Source: Candidatus Dadabacteria bacterium
GTDB lineage: Bacteria > Desulfobacterota_D > UBA1144 > Nemesobacterales > CSP1-2
Assembly: GCA_963805855.1 (NCBI GenBank)
Contig: CAWDVW010000005.1
Location: forward strand, 32,531-96,530
Length of the DNA stretch: 64,000 nucleotides
Reading direction: 5' to 3'
Positions 30,091 to 39,560 of this stretch are shown here, in pieces. Numbering within the stretch: position 1 is the stretch's first letter; every line of letters begins with the position of its first letter. A program made the translations under genes and the position numbers. The notes under the pieces were generated by a model. It was given only the letters and a program-made list of their open reading frames with translations, had not been told where the DNA came from and did not search any database.

Positions 30091-30211
30091 GGGGACAGAC
30101 ACTTTTTTTGGTCAACCATTCTGATAATATGAAACAGATCAATAGTCTGAAGTTTTTCAGTTCAGTCTAGTTGAGGTTATTGTCTAAATGTTAGTAAAAG
30201 TGTCTGTCCCC
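30091..30211. mobile_element. Foldback/MITE-like element, copy 1 (121 bp, TIR GGGGACAGACACT)
   Basis: Left end GGGGACAGACACT and right end AGTGTCTGTCCCC are perfect reverse complements. An internal AACTGAAG...TTCAGTT hairpin is present. Homologous copies at 32387, 40787 and 42196. Confidence 0.65.
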
Positions 30212-30390
30212 ATGTTTGAATTTTGAAGGTTGGGTATTGAAGCTTGTTTGAGATTTGGAAATTGTGATTTGGTTTTTGCTTTTCATTTTGCGACTTAGTG
30301 TGTGAACAATTACCTTTCCAAACTGTAATGTTGGGGAAAGGTTTATGCAATTTTAGCTAGATATAATCCTCAATATATCAAATCAAATTT

Positions 30391-31365
30391 TTGGAGGTAT
30401 TAATTATGAAATGCTCGAGCAAGACAGGGCGATCAATCGCATTTATTTTTGTTCTATCCGTCGCAGTACTGATGATGGTAGGCTTTTCGACTAAATTTGC
30501 GAAAGCTGATCCTTGCGTCCTACCAGACTTTGAGCCCGGTGATTTTGGTGCTCCACTGGACATAAACAATGATTTTTTTACCCTTACGCCCGGAACAGCG
30601 TTTTGCTACCGGTCCGACTCAGAAGACGTCGAAAGAAATGAGGTTACAGTTACTCACTGCGATCCTCTAGAAATCGGGGGTATAAATACTATAGTCGTTA
30701 GGGACGTTGTAAGAGTACTTAATGATGAAGACCAATGGATTGTTGCAGAAGATACGTTCGATTTTTACGCGCAGGATAATGATGACAACGTATGGTACCT
30801 CGGGGAGGCTACAAAGACTTGTGACGGCGGCGGCGATACAGAGGGTACCTGGAATGCATACCCTGAAGGCGACTGCAACCCGCTCAACGCAGACCACTGC
30901 CCAACCGCAGGCGCAGACGGCGACGGTTATTGTCCTTGCGGGGGGGATCCCGGGATAGTCATGCTTGCCGATCCAATGAACGGCAACTGTTATCAGCAGG
31001 AATTTCTAGAGGACCATGCTGAGGATATCGCCAAAGTCCTGAGGCTCAATGCGACAGTCTCGGTTCCGTGGGAAGCTGGCAGTTGCGATCAGGAATGCCT
31101 TAAAACCAAGGAGTGGACACCGCTTTCACCAGGTGACGTCGAGCACAAATTTTATTCAAAGAACTTACTAGATACTGACATGGGGAATAATGTGCTAACT
31201 GAAGAACTGCATGGGGGGAAAACGGTCCGGGTTGAGCTGGTCGATGTAAAAACAGGTCTAGATGATGACGCCCCCCATAACGGTTACTGTCCATCTGATT
31301 TCAAGGATGCGCTCGACGCGCTTTGCAGTGAAGGTACCCCGACGACGGGTTGCGTGTTCCCTTAA
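30391..31365 (+). CDS. Secreted Cys/Asp-rich protein, paralog A of an uncharacterised family
   Basis: Signal peptide. Shares DFYAQDxDxNVWYxGE and EGTWxAxPEG...DPGIxM...LEDHAEDIA blocks with 31631..32365 and 33092..33874. Extra CNPLNADHCPTAGADGDGYCPCGG insert. Confidence 0.6.
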   Translation: MEVLIMKCSSKTGRSIAFIFVLSVAVLMMVGFSTKFAKADPCVLPDFEPGDFGAPLDINNDFFTLTPGTAFCYRSDSEDVERNEVTVTHCDPLEIGGINTIVVRDVVRVLNDEDQWIVAEDTFDFYAQDNDDNVWYLGEATKTCDGGGDTEGTWNAYPEGDCNPLNADHCPTAGADGDGYCPCGGDPGIVMLADPMNGNCYQQEFLEDHAEDIAKVLRLNATVSVPWEAGSCDQECLKTKEWTPLSPGDVEHKFYSKNLLDTDMGNNVLTEELHGGKTVRVELVDVKTGLDDDAPHNGYCPSDFKDALDALCSEGTPTTGCVFP

Positions 31366-31554
31366 GCCGATTATTTGCCAAGAACGTCGGGAAAGAAGGC
31401 AACAGTAAGCTCAGCAAAAAAGCAACCAGGAGAGTTGATTGGTTATTTGGTCCTGGAAGTAGTAGCGATCAAAAAAGCTTAGGTGCGACATGTGAGTCCT
31501 TACTCAGTGCCGAGAAAATACCTAATGATTCAGGTACGCGTAACACGCACTACG

Positions 31555-31584
31555 TTGCTTTAATTAATGAAGATGTGATAGAAT
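31555..31584 (+). promoter_or_regulatory. Candidate sigma-70 promoter (TTGCTT-18-TAGAAT), duplicated at 33020..33049 (TTGCTT-18-TAAAAT)
   Basis: Hexamers and an 18-nt spacer are conserved in both duplicated intergenic regions upstream of the GGAGG-ATG starts of paralogs B and C. Confidence 0.4.
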
Positions 31585-31630
31585 TTGTTGATGTCAGTTC
31601 TCCATAAAAAATTCTATGGGAGGTACGTAT

Positions 31631-32365
31631 ATGTGTAAAAAGTATAAGAATCTTTTACTTGCTTTTGTTGTAGCTGTCCTGCCTTTCTTCATCGTCGGTG
31701 GATGCAACAGTAGCAGTGGTGGAGGAGGAGGCGGGGGGTGCCCCGAGACAAACGTGGGTATTGAGGTTTGTGACCCCGACACTGGTGGCCCTTTTTCGAT
31801 AATTATCGACAATGGGTTCTTCCCGGTGGTGGTGGGTAGCCAGAGCGTGCTTGAGGGCGAGGACGACCAGGGAGTAATGGTTCGAATTGAATCCTCTGTT
31901 CTTGACGAGACTGAAGACATCGCTGGCGTGACCACACGCGTCGTGGAGGAGCAGACTTTCGAGGATGATGAGCTCATTGAGGATACCCGGGATTTCTACG
32001 CCCAGGCGCCGGATGGCACAGTCTGCTACTTCGGGGAGGACGTGGATATATTCGAAAACGGTGAACTCGTTTCCCACGAAGGCACGTGGCGAGCCGGGAA
32101 CGGTAATCTCCCTGGAATCATCATGCCTGCCAATCCTCAAGCCGGAATGGTGTTCAATCAGGAACTTGCTCCCGATGTTGCGGAAGACGTCTCTAGCATT
32201 ACCGAACTAGGTGAGACTATCGATGTTCCGGTGGGAATGTTCAGTGATACGGTAAGCGCTGAGGATTGCAATCCATTCGACGGCACAAAGGACCGCAAGG
32301 TTTATGTTGATGGAATCGGCCTGGCGATCGACGAGTTCGCGGAATTGGTCGAGTTTAATCCGTAA
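31631..32365 (+). CDS. Secreted Cys/Asp-rich lipoprotein, paralog B
   Basis: Lipobox IVGGC followed by a poly-Gly stretch. GGAGG lies 7 nt before the ATG at 31631 (the track start at 31616 lacks an RBS). Ends ...LVEFNP. Confidence 0.6.
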   Translation: MCKKYKNLLLAFVVAVLPFFIVGGCNSSSGGGGGGGCPETNVGIEVCDPDTGGPFSIIIDNGFFPVVVGSQSVLEGEDDQGVMVRIESSVLDETEDIAGVTTRVVEEQTFEDDELIEDTRDFYAQAPDGTVCYFGEDVDIFENGELVSHEGTWRAGNGNLPGIIMPANPQAGMVFNQELAPDVAEDVSSITELGETIDVPVGMFSDTVSAEDCNPFDGTKDRKVYVDGIGLAIDEFAELVEFNP

Positions 32366-32386
32366 AACTGTGAAACCGTAAAATCG

Positions 32387-32510
32387 GGGACAGACACTAT
32401 TTATTTTGCTTTAACTATACTGATCATGAGAAATGGATCAATAAACTGAAGATTCTCAGTTCAATTTAGCTGACCTTGTTACCTAGATGTTAATACAAGC
32501 ATCTGTTCCC
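32387..32510. mobile_element. Foldback/MITE-like element, copy 2 (124 bp, right TIR degenerate)
   Basis: GGGGACAGACACT ... AGCATCTGTTCCC. The interior aligns with copies 1 and 3. Confidence 0.6.
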
Positions 32511-32528
32511 TTTTCTTTATTTCGTTAA

Positions 32529-32825
32529 GGCTCAATGCCAATCACCCCGATTATTGCAGCAAAGACTGCTTAAAGGCAAAGGAGTGGACACCACTTGCAC
32601 CGGGTGACGTCGAGCACAAATATTATGCCGAGAACACCGCTTCTGACATAGGGAATAATGTGCTAACTGAAGAACTCAAGGGGACAAACGGTCCGGAGTG
32701 AGCTGGTCGATGTAAAAACAGGTAAAACTAACACCGGAGACTGTCCAACTACTTTCGACGATGCCCTGGGTTTCCTTTGCGACGAAGATAATTCACCTCA
32801 TCGGATGAATTGTGTGAGTCCCTAA
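32529..32825 (+). pseudogene. Frameshifted 5'-truncated remnant of a paralog-A-type gene (duplicate of 31042..31365)
   Basis: Nucleotide-level alignment with the 3' part of 30391..31365. Reads ...CLKAKEWTPLAPGDVEHKYY...TEELKGTNGPE* and then resumes out of frame as ELVDVKTG...CVSP*. Confidence 0.7.
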
Positions 32826-33091
32826 CAGGCTGATTATTCCCCAAGAATGTCGGGAAAGAGCAAGAAGAGTAAACGAGGCAACAAACAACGAGTAGTTTTA
32901 ATATGTTATTTGGTCCTGGAGGTGCCGGCAAGTGAAGAAACTTAGGTGTGTGATAGGTGGATCCTGATTCAATACGGAGAAAATACAGCATGATTTAGGT
33001 ACGCCTCACATCCACTATCTTGCTTTAATAAATGAAGATGTGATAAAATTAATGTCAGTTTTCCATAATAAAATCTTATTGGAGGTGATGT

Positions 33092-33874
33092 ATGCATAGG
33101 AAGTATAATGAGCTTTTACTCGCTTTCATTGTGAGCACCTTATCCTTGTTTATAATCACTGGGTGTAACGATAATAATGCTGGAGGGGGCGGCGCGTGCC
33201 CAGATACCAACGTGGGTATTGAAATTTGCGACCCAGAGACGGGTGGCCCGTTCAAGCTAGTGATCGACAACGGATTTTTCCCAGTGGTGGTGGGAAGTGA
33301 GAGCGTGCTTGAGGACGAGGAAGGTAATGCCCGATTAGAGATCACTGTTCCGGGTGATACAGAAGAGGTCGCAGGGGTAGATACACGCGTCCTCGTCGAG
33401 ACAGAATTCGACAATGGTTTACTAATTGAAGTCTCCCGAAACTTCTTCACTCAGGTGCAGGAGGGATCGCCAGGCGCGGGCACTGTCTGCTACTACGGCG
33501 AGGATGTTGACATCTGTGATACAGGTCTTGAACCAGACGGGAATGGTGGGTTTCTTTGCGACGGTGAAGAGCCCGCTCACTCTGGTGAATGGCGCGCCGG
33601 AGTGGACGGTGCTATTCCGGGGATTTTTATGCGAGCTGACCCAGAAGTCGGCGATGTATACAATGAGGAAATCGCTCCCGATGTGGCGGAAGACATTGCT
33701 GAAGTGACAGATATAGGAGATCCTATCGAGGTTCTGGATGAAATCTTTTTCGATACCCTAACAACACTGGACTGCAATCCGCTCACACGTGAACCAAGGG
33801 ACACCAAGGTTTATATCAACGGCATGGGGATTGCACAAGACGCGGATCTGTTTTTGGTCGAGTTTAATCCTTAA
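33092..33874 (+). CDS. Secreted Cys/Asp-rich lipoprotein, paralog C
   Basis: Lipobox IITGC. Collinear with paralog B including the C-terminal LVEFNP. GGAGG RBS. Confidence 0.6.
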   Translation: MHRKYNELLLAFIVSTLSLFIITGCNDNNAGGGGACPDTNVGIEICDPETGGPFKLVIDNGFFPVVVGSESVLEDEEGNARLEITVPGDTEEVAGVDTRVLVETEFDNGLLIEVSRNFFTQVQEGSPGAGTVCYYGEDVDICDTGLEPDGNGGFLCDGEEPAHSGEWRAGVDGAIPGIFMRADPEVGDVYNEEIAPDVAEDIAEVTDIGDPIEVLDEIFFDTLTTLDCNPLTREPRDTKVYINGMGIAQDADLFLVEFNP

Positions 33875-33995
33875 AATCTCAAACTGTGAAATTGTAAAAC
33901 CGGGGGCAACATCCGTTGTCCCCTTCCCGTTCGGCTATATAAGCTTTTAACAAGAGGTGTCTTGGCACCTTTACCCACTAAAGGTGGTGATTTAT

Positions 33996-36900
33996 CTAAT
34001 TATCCTTATTCTTTCTCACCCGCAAAAGCATAATAAGAACCGGCAGCACAATGAGGACAAGGGGAAGTTGAATAATGAGACCTGAGATTATGGCGATTGC
34101 CAGAGGTTGCTGCATTGCGGAGCCTTGCCCTATGGCAAGCGCGAGTGGCATAAGGGCAAGAATCGTTGCAAAAGTAGTCATTGCGATAGGTCGCATCCGG
34201 TTTCTACCAGCCATTATAAGTGCCATGCACTCATCCAGGTCTTCGGGCAAATCATAATATTCGGAGACATAAAATATGGCAACTTCCGCTACGATTCCGA
34301 CGATCATGGTCATACCCATCATAGAAGAAATATTAATCTCCGTCCCTGTAAGCCATAAACCTATAAACACGGCCGAGATGGCAACTACCGGTAGAGATAA
34401 AATTGCCAGAGCAACGCGAAAGCTTTCATACAGAAATAAGAGAAGGAGGAAAACCAGAAGCACCGCCGCCACGAACACGGCAATCAGACCGGCGAAAGCA
34501 ATTCGCTGCTGAGCATAGAGCCCGCCTAAATCGTAATAAACTGTTTTAGGTAAAAGACCCTGAGTCTTAATGACCATTTTGACATCCGTTATTGTAGAGC
34601 CAATGTCGCGACCGCTGATGCGCCCTGTCACAGCGATCATCCTCTTAAGATCATAACGGTTGATTTGGGGCTGCCCGGTTATAATCTCAGCGGAGCCTAT
34701 CCGTCTGAGGGGAAAGAGATGACCGTCGGGCGCTCGCATTAGTATGCTCTTTACATCCAATTCAGTGCCACGCGCATCCTTCGGAACCCATACCCTAACC
34801 CCCACGAGCTTGGGATCGCGTTCTACCTGAGTCGTAACTACGCCACTCAAGTACCCAGAAATTAACTGCGTGACGGACTCTGGATCCACCCCTTCGAGTG
34901 CAGCCTTAACCCGATCCACCTTGATGTCAAGTGTGTCACCTGCTATGACAATTCCGCTATTAACATCCACAACACCGGGAATTTTCCCGATCGCTTCGGC
35001 AACCTGAGGCCCCAGTTTGCCAAGCAACTCGCCGTCATCGGAATATAGTTTTATCTCTATCGGCTGCGGCACGCCCGTAAGATCGCCGATTAGATCTTCC
35101 ATTAACTGCGCTAGCTCAATTTTCAGACCGGGAATGGAGTGCTCCACCCGTGTTCTTACATCGTCCATAACATCTTCTATACTTCGCCTGGGAAATGGTT
35201 TGAGACGCACAAAGAAGTCGCCCTCGTTGGCCTCGGTGAGGAATCCTCCAAGAGCCAGTCCGGTGCGGCGAGAGTAAGTATCCACCTCAGGAGTTGATTG
35301 AAGGATTAATTCAACCTTTCGAAGCAAGCGGTCCGTTTCGGTAAGAGACGTTCCTGAGGGACTTCGATAATCAAGGATGAATCCGCCTTCATCCATTCGA
35401 GGCATAAACCCGGAACCTGTATTTTTGTAGCTGAGCCAGCCCAGAAGAACCAGTGGGGCAATGCCCAGCAGCACCAACCAGGGCTGCTCTAGTATACGTC
35501 TCATCACTGATTCATAAGCTCCTTTAATCCTCTCCGTTAATACTCCTTCCTCCTTTTGTTCGGCGTCCTTTTGGGTCAGCAAGTGAGACGCTAAAAGCGG
35601 TATGGCTAACCACGCAACGAAGAAGGAAATTAAAAGGCTCGCCGCCATGGTAAGCGACAAGGCTTTGAAAAAGGCACCAGTAACTCCGGAAAGCAAGGCG
35701 AGCGGTGCGAAAATGATGATTGTGGATGCTGAAGACCCGGCAAGCGGTTTGGTAAACTCCCTGACGGCTCGCATTATTGTGACTTGAGACTCTCCCGTAC
35801 TCCCTCGCAACCTTCGAGTGATGTGTTCAACCATGACAATGGTGTCATCTATTATAAGTCCAACCGCGGCTGCCATACCGCCCAGGGTCATGATATTAAA
35901 GCTCATATGAAATACATAGAGAATAAGTACGGTTGCAGCTAGGACACTGGGCACCGAAACCAAGGCTATCAAGGTGATCTTTAAGTCACGAAGGAAAATA
36001 AATAGGACTAATGAAGCGAGAACAATACCGATCAGTATCGCATCGCGTACGCTGCCAGCGGAAGAGCGAATCAAGTCGCTCTGGTCATACCAATTGGCGA
36101 TTTTTATATCTTCAGGTAACTGTTTCTGAAAATCAGACAGCTTTTCTTTGACAGTTCCGGCTATCTGAACTGTATTGCCACCTGGTTGCTGGAAAATCTG
36201 GAAGATTACCGCATCGTGACCCTCTGCTGTAATGCGAATCCACTGAGGAGCCGCCTCACGGCTTACCGTTGCAACATCCTCAAGAAGCACAATTCCATTT
36301 TCCCCGGAGCGCAATACGGTCTCACGAATTTGAGACATGCTCAGAAAGCGTGTATCGGAGACAACCAAGTAGAGTTTATAGTGATCTTCCAGCTTACCCA
36401 CAGCGGTTATCACGTTAGCGGCCGAAAGCGCATCGGCAACATCTTTCAGTGATAAGCCAAAAGAATAGAGACGAGCTGGATCCACAGTTACCCTGTACTC
36501 TTCTTGCTCACCACCCAGGACTCCCACATCGGCAACTCCTTTAACCGTTAACAGCAGTGGGCGAAGCTGGTAAAGTGCGATATCGCGAAGCTCGATCAGA
36601 GAGTGGGTATCAGAAGTCAGACTATAAGCGATAACGGGAAAGATGGTAGGATCCATTCGCCTTACTGTAAAACTAGTTCCCTGGGGGAGGCTGGCAAGCA
36701 TCTGATTCATTGCTGACTCGACTTGCAACCTAGCAGCAACCATGTCGTCCTTCCAATCGAAGTCAATCAAGATCTCTGAGCTTCCGCGGCTTGTAGTGGA
36801 ACGTACGTTTAATACGCCGGGAACGGCACGCACGGATTCTTCGACCGGCCAGGTAACCTCAACAGCCATCAGTTCTGCTGGACGATCTCCGGCGTCGAGA

Positions 36901-37043
36901 TTTACCTGCACCCTGGGGAAAATCACACGTGGAAAAAGAGCGACAGGAAGGCGAAATCCAATTGCGACCCCAAACAATGCTAATAATGAGAGCAAGAAAA
37001 GAATCGACCGACGATGCGAGTACATCCACTGAGTGATAGTCAC
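33996..37043 (-). CDS. RND efflux permease, CzcA/CusA (heavy-metal efflux) type
   Basis: 1015 aa with the 12-TM RND architecture and two large periplasmic loops. ATGA overlap with the adaptor gene. Confidence 0.85.
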   Translation of the reverse strand: MTITQWMYSHRRSILFLLSLLALFGVAIGFRLPVALFPRVIFPRVQVNLDAGDRPAELMAVEVTWPVEESVRAVPGVLNVRSTTSRGSSEILIDFDWKDDMVAARLQVESAMNQMLASLPQGTSFTVRRMDPTIFPVIAYSLTSDTHSLIELRDIALYQLRPLLLTVKGVADVGVLGGEQEEYRVTVDPARLYSFGLSLKDVADALSAANVITAVGKLEDHYKLYLVVSDTRFLSMSQIRETVLRSGENGIVLLEDVATVSREAAPQWIRITAEGHDAVIFQIFQQPGGNTVQIAGTVKEKLSDFQKQLPEDIKIANWYDQSDLIRSSAGSVRDAILIGIVLASLVLFIFLRDLKITLIALVSVPSVLAATVLILYVFHMSFNIMTLGGMAAAVGLIIDDTIVMVEHITRRLRGSTGESQVTIMRAVREFTKPLAGSSASTIIIFAPLALLSGVTGAFFKALSLTMAASLLISFFVAWLAIPLLASHLLTQKDAEQKEEGVLTERIKGAYESVMRRILEQPWLVLLGIAPLVLLGWLSYKNTGSGFMPRMDEGGFILDYRSPSGTSLTETDRLLRKVELILQSTPEVDTYSRRTGLALGGFLTEANEGDFFVRLKPFPRRSIEDVMDDVRTRVEHSIPGLKIELAQLMEDLIGDLTGVPQPIEIKLYSDDGELLGKLGPQVAEAIGKIPGVVDVNSGIVIAGDTLDIKVDRVKAALEGVDPESVTQLISGYLSGVVTTQVERDPKLVGVRVWVPKDARGTELDVKSILMRAPDGHLFPLRRIGSAEIITGQPQINRYDLKRMIAVTGRISGRDIGSTITDVKMVIKTQGLLPKTVYYDLGGLYAQQRIAFAGLIAVFVAAVLLVFLLLLFLYESFRVALAILSLPVVAISAVFIGLWLTGTEINISSMMGMTMIVGIVAEVAIFYVSEYYDLPEDLDECMALIMAGRNRMRPIAMTTFATILALMPLALAIGQGSAMQQPLAIAIISGLIIQLPLVLIVLPVLIMLLRVRKNKDN

Positions 37044-38140
37044 TTAGAAACCTCGAATTTTACGGCCATATCATTCTTGAGCTCATAATTACCAAGAATT
37101 ACCACCGGGTCCCCGGGCTCGATATCCGATCCAATAACTTCGACTTCTTTGCCGTTCTCAAGACCAATTTGTACTGAGTGCTTTACGGCTCGATCATTCT
37201 TTACAGTAAACATTTGATAATGATCCTCTTCAGGGAGAACCGCGGCCCGGGGAACAATTAATCCTGTGGAGGAGGCGATTGTGATTTTGCCTACTGCAAA
37301 TTCACCCAGAAGGAACGTGGTAGATTTGGGTAAAGCTTCGGGAAGGGTAACAAAAACATCAACCAGGCGTGTATCGGGATTAACCGCATTCGAAATTTTA
37401 CGGATTTTGCCCGTGACTCCTGCTGATTCCGGAACATTTACGGGAGATAGCGAAACGTCCTGGCCTGGCTTTACCTGTTCTACATCCTCAGGCTCAACGC
37501 CCAAAAGAATCTCAAGGCGGTTTTGAACCACGATATCTACAAGTGTGCCTCCAACAGGAACTATAGAACCCTCCTGAACGTAGACCTTTTTAATCAAACC
37601 TGTAACATCGGCCTGCAATTTTCTGGGACCGTTGATGCCGCGCTCATTTATACTCTTAAGATTTAGCTGAGCCTGCCGGAATGACTGCTTTGCCTGCGTG
37701 AGTTGATCGTTGTTCGCCAACTTAAGATCAAACAGCCGCTGAAAATGCTCGAGACTCTGCTTGGTCGATTCATACGTATTTCTCGCCTGTTCAAGTTGAA
37801 GATAAGTATCGGGGCTGGGCTCGATTTCAAGAAGGGCTTCTCCCTTTGCAACCACTTGTCCGTCTGTGACCATAACATTCAGCACCCGACTCTCAAATGC
37901 AACAGAAATGGTTTGGAGCGCGCCCGGAGCCGGTATAGCAACTCCGTATACAGTAATGGTCTCCGTAATTGTCCCCTTCCTGATTGGAACAGTTTTTATT
38001 TGGGCTATGGGTTCATTCGAATTCAGCTCTTGGAGATCATCTTTAACGAGGTTTTGACTGTTTTCATGGGAAAGCCACCAATACAGAACTACGGCCAAAA
38101 CGACCAAGAAAGCAACTTTGGTGTACGGGGGAAGTCTTTT
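37040..38140 (-). CDS. RND efflux periplasmic adaptor (membrane fusion protein, CzcB/CusB-like)
   Basis: N-terminal TM helix, coiled-coil, beta-barrel and MP domains. The start is chosen at an internal Met (MKRLPP), since the track ORF would overlap the OMF gene by 62 bp. Confidence 0.75.
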   Translation of the reverse strand, partial: KRLPPYTKVAFLVVLAVVLYWWLSHENSQNLVKDDLQELNSNEPIAQIKTVPIRKGTITETITVYGVAIPAPGALQTISVAFESRVLNVMVTDGQVVAKGEALLEIEPSPDTYLQLEQARNTYESTKQSLEHFQRLFDLKLANNDQLTQAKQSFRQAQLNLKSINERGINGPRKLQADVTGLIKKVYVQEGSIVPVGGTLVDIVVQNRLEILLGVEPEDVEQVKPGQDVSLSPVNVPESAGVTGKIRKISNAVNPDTRLVDVFVTLPEALPKSTTFLLGEFAVGKITIASSTGLIVPRAAVLPEEDHYQMFTVKNDRAVKHSVQIGLENGKEVEVIGSDIEPGDPVVILGNYELKNDMAVKFEVSK

Positions 38141-38147
38141 CATTTGG

Positions 38148-39560
38148 TCAGGCCCCAAACTCCGCGCTATCGAAGTATCGCCCGGCGGCAATTTCCAGAG
38201 CAACCGCAAGGTCAGCTAGTGTCTGTTTCAGCTTAAAAACATCTATCTGCTTCAAAATTAATTCGTTTCGGGCATTGTAGTAGCTAATAACGTCGGCATT
38301 ACCTTCCTGAAAGGCCTTGTAGTAGGTTCCGACGAGTGTTTCTAAGGTTTTTACAGTCTCCTGAGTTGTATCTATTTGTCGGTTGACCCATTGCATATCT
38401 GCAAGAATAGTTGCGATATTAGATTGAGTTTTGTAAACACGGTCAACGTATTCGTCAAATAGCTGCTTTCGAGTTGCCCTCTCGATAGCGATGTGCCCCT
38501 GATTGCGATCGAAAACAGGTAGATCAATTGTTATGCCGAAACCAGAGGTTACGACGTTACCCGTATCACGCAATTGAGAAAACCCAATATTAACCCTCGG
38601 GAACTGGGCAAGTATAGCTGCTCTCAGGCGGGATTCCTGGCTCTCGTAACCCCATTTCAATGCCAGAAGATCCAGACGGCGGTCTTCTATTCCATCCAGA
38701 ATGCTATTAACGGATGGATTCTTTTTAAAAAAAGGTGGCTCAATCCCCTTCTGAATTGGAACTATTTGTTCTGGAGGAAACCCGATTGACTGATTGAACG
38801 CAATACGTTCGTCTTCTAATTGTTGCTCAATTTGTTGCGCGGATAACTGGATGATTTTGAGCGCCGACTCCGCCGCTGATAGATCGATTATGGTCATATC
38901 TCCGAAGTCCACAGCCTTTTTGATAGCCTCCACATTTTCCAGAAGCCCCTTTTCCCCTTCCTTTGCAACATCAAGTTGATTTTTAAGAAAGTACAAACGG
39001 TATACATGCTGCTTGGCACCCTCGGACACCTGCCATTCCTGCCATGCTACATCAAGATCCACCGATGCCGCATTAGACTTTGCTGAATCAATTTCGGCCC
39101 ATCGCGTGATTAGGAACCTTATATCCCAACTGAAGACGAGACCAAAGCCATTAACAGTACCCATGGTCGTACCTCCCGTGGGGAAATCCATCCCGTATGA
39201 AACCTGCGGGTTGGGTAGAATGCCAGCCTGGAAAAGTTGAGCCGCAGCTATTCCCCTTTTGTCACGAACAGCACGCAGTTCAGTATTTGCTATAACAGAT
39301 AGGACTGCAGCTTCGTCTGGCGAGAGGCCATCACTCTCGTCGAAATTGAGGGGCTTTAATATTGGATGTTTTATTGTACGGGCATCGACGCGGAGGACAT
39401 CTACGCTGGGAGGTTTGAGCGCTTCTGAAACGGTGGCTTTGTCTAGAGGCATTGGATGGTATGTTGTACAACCTTCCAATACAAGTAAAGCTATTGCGAT
39501 TAAACCGGAGTAGTGACGACCCCCAACAGTCACGCGAAGAAAGAGTTGAAAATAGTTCAT
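38148..39560 (-). CDS. Outer-membrane efflux factor (TolC/CzcC family)
   Basis: Lipoprotein-type N-terminus (LVLEGC) from an internal Met and a tandem OEP repeat architecture. The track ORF extends to 39671. Confidence 0.75.
   Translation of the reverse strand: MNYFQLFLRVTVGGRHYSGLIAIALLVLEGCTTYHPMPLDKATVSEALKPPSVDVLRVDARTIKHPILKPLNFDESDGLSPDEAAVLSVIANTELRAVRDKRGIAAAQLFQAGILPNPQVSYGMDFPTGGTTMGTVNGFGLVFSWDIRFLITRWAEIDSAKSNAASVDLDVAWQEWQVSEGAKQHVYRLYFLKNQLDVAKEGEKGLLENVEAIKKAVDFGDMTIIDLSAAESALKIIQLSAQQIEQQLEDERIAFNQSIGFPPEQIVPIQKGIEPPFFKKNPSVNSILDGIEDRRLDLLALKWGYESQESRLRAAILAQFPRVNIGFSQLRDTGNVVTSGFGITIDLPVFDRNQGHIAIERATRKQLFDEYVDRVYKTQSNIATILADMQWVNRQIDTTQETVKTLETLVGTYYKAFQEGNADVISYYNARNELILKQIDVFKLKQTLADLAVALEIAAGRYFDSAEFGA

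Noticed and set aside
31631-33874. Idea that the paralogous lipoproteins are NlpE/CutF copper-sensing lipoproteins
   Set aside because: Apart from being Cys-containing lipoproteins they show no collinear motif agreement with NlpE. The idea is left as an open family assignment.
34075-38236. Numerous 60-180-aa ORFs in alternative frames within the RND permease, adaptor and OMF genes
   Set aside because: All are embedded in long, well-supported transporter genes on the opposite strand or an offset frame. Their compositions are typical of antisense translation.
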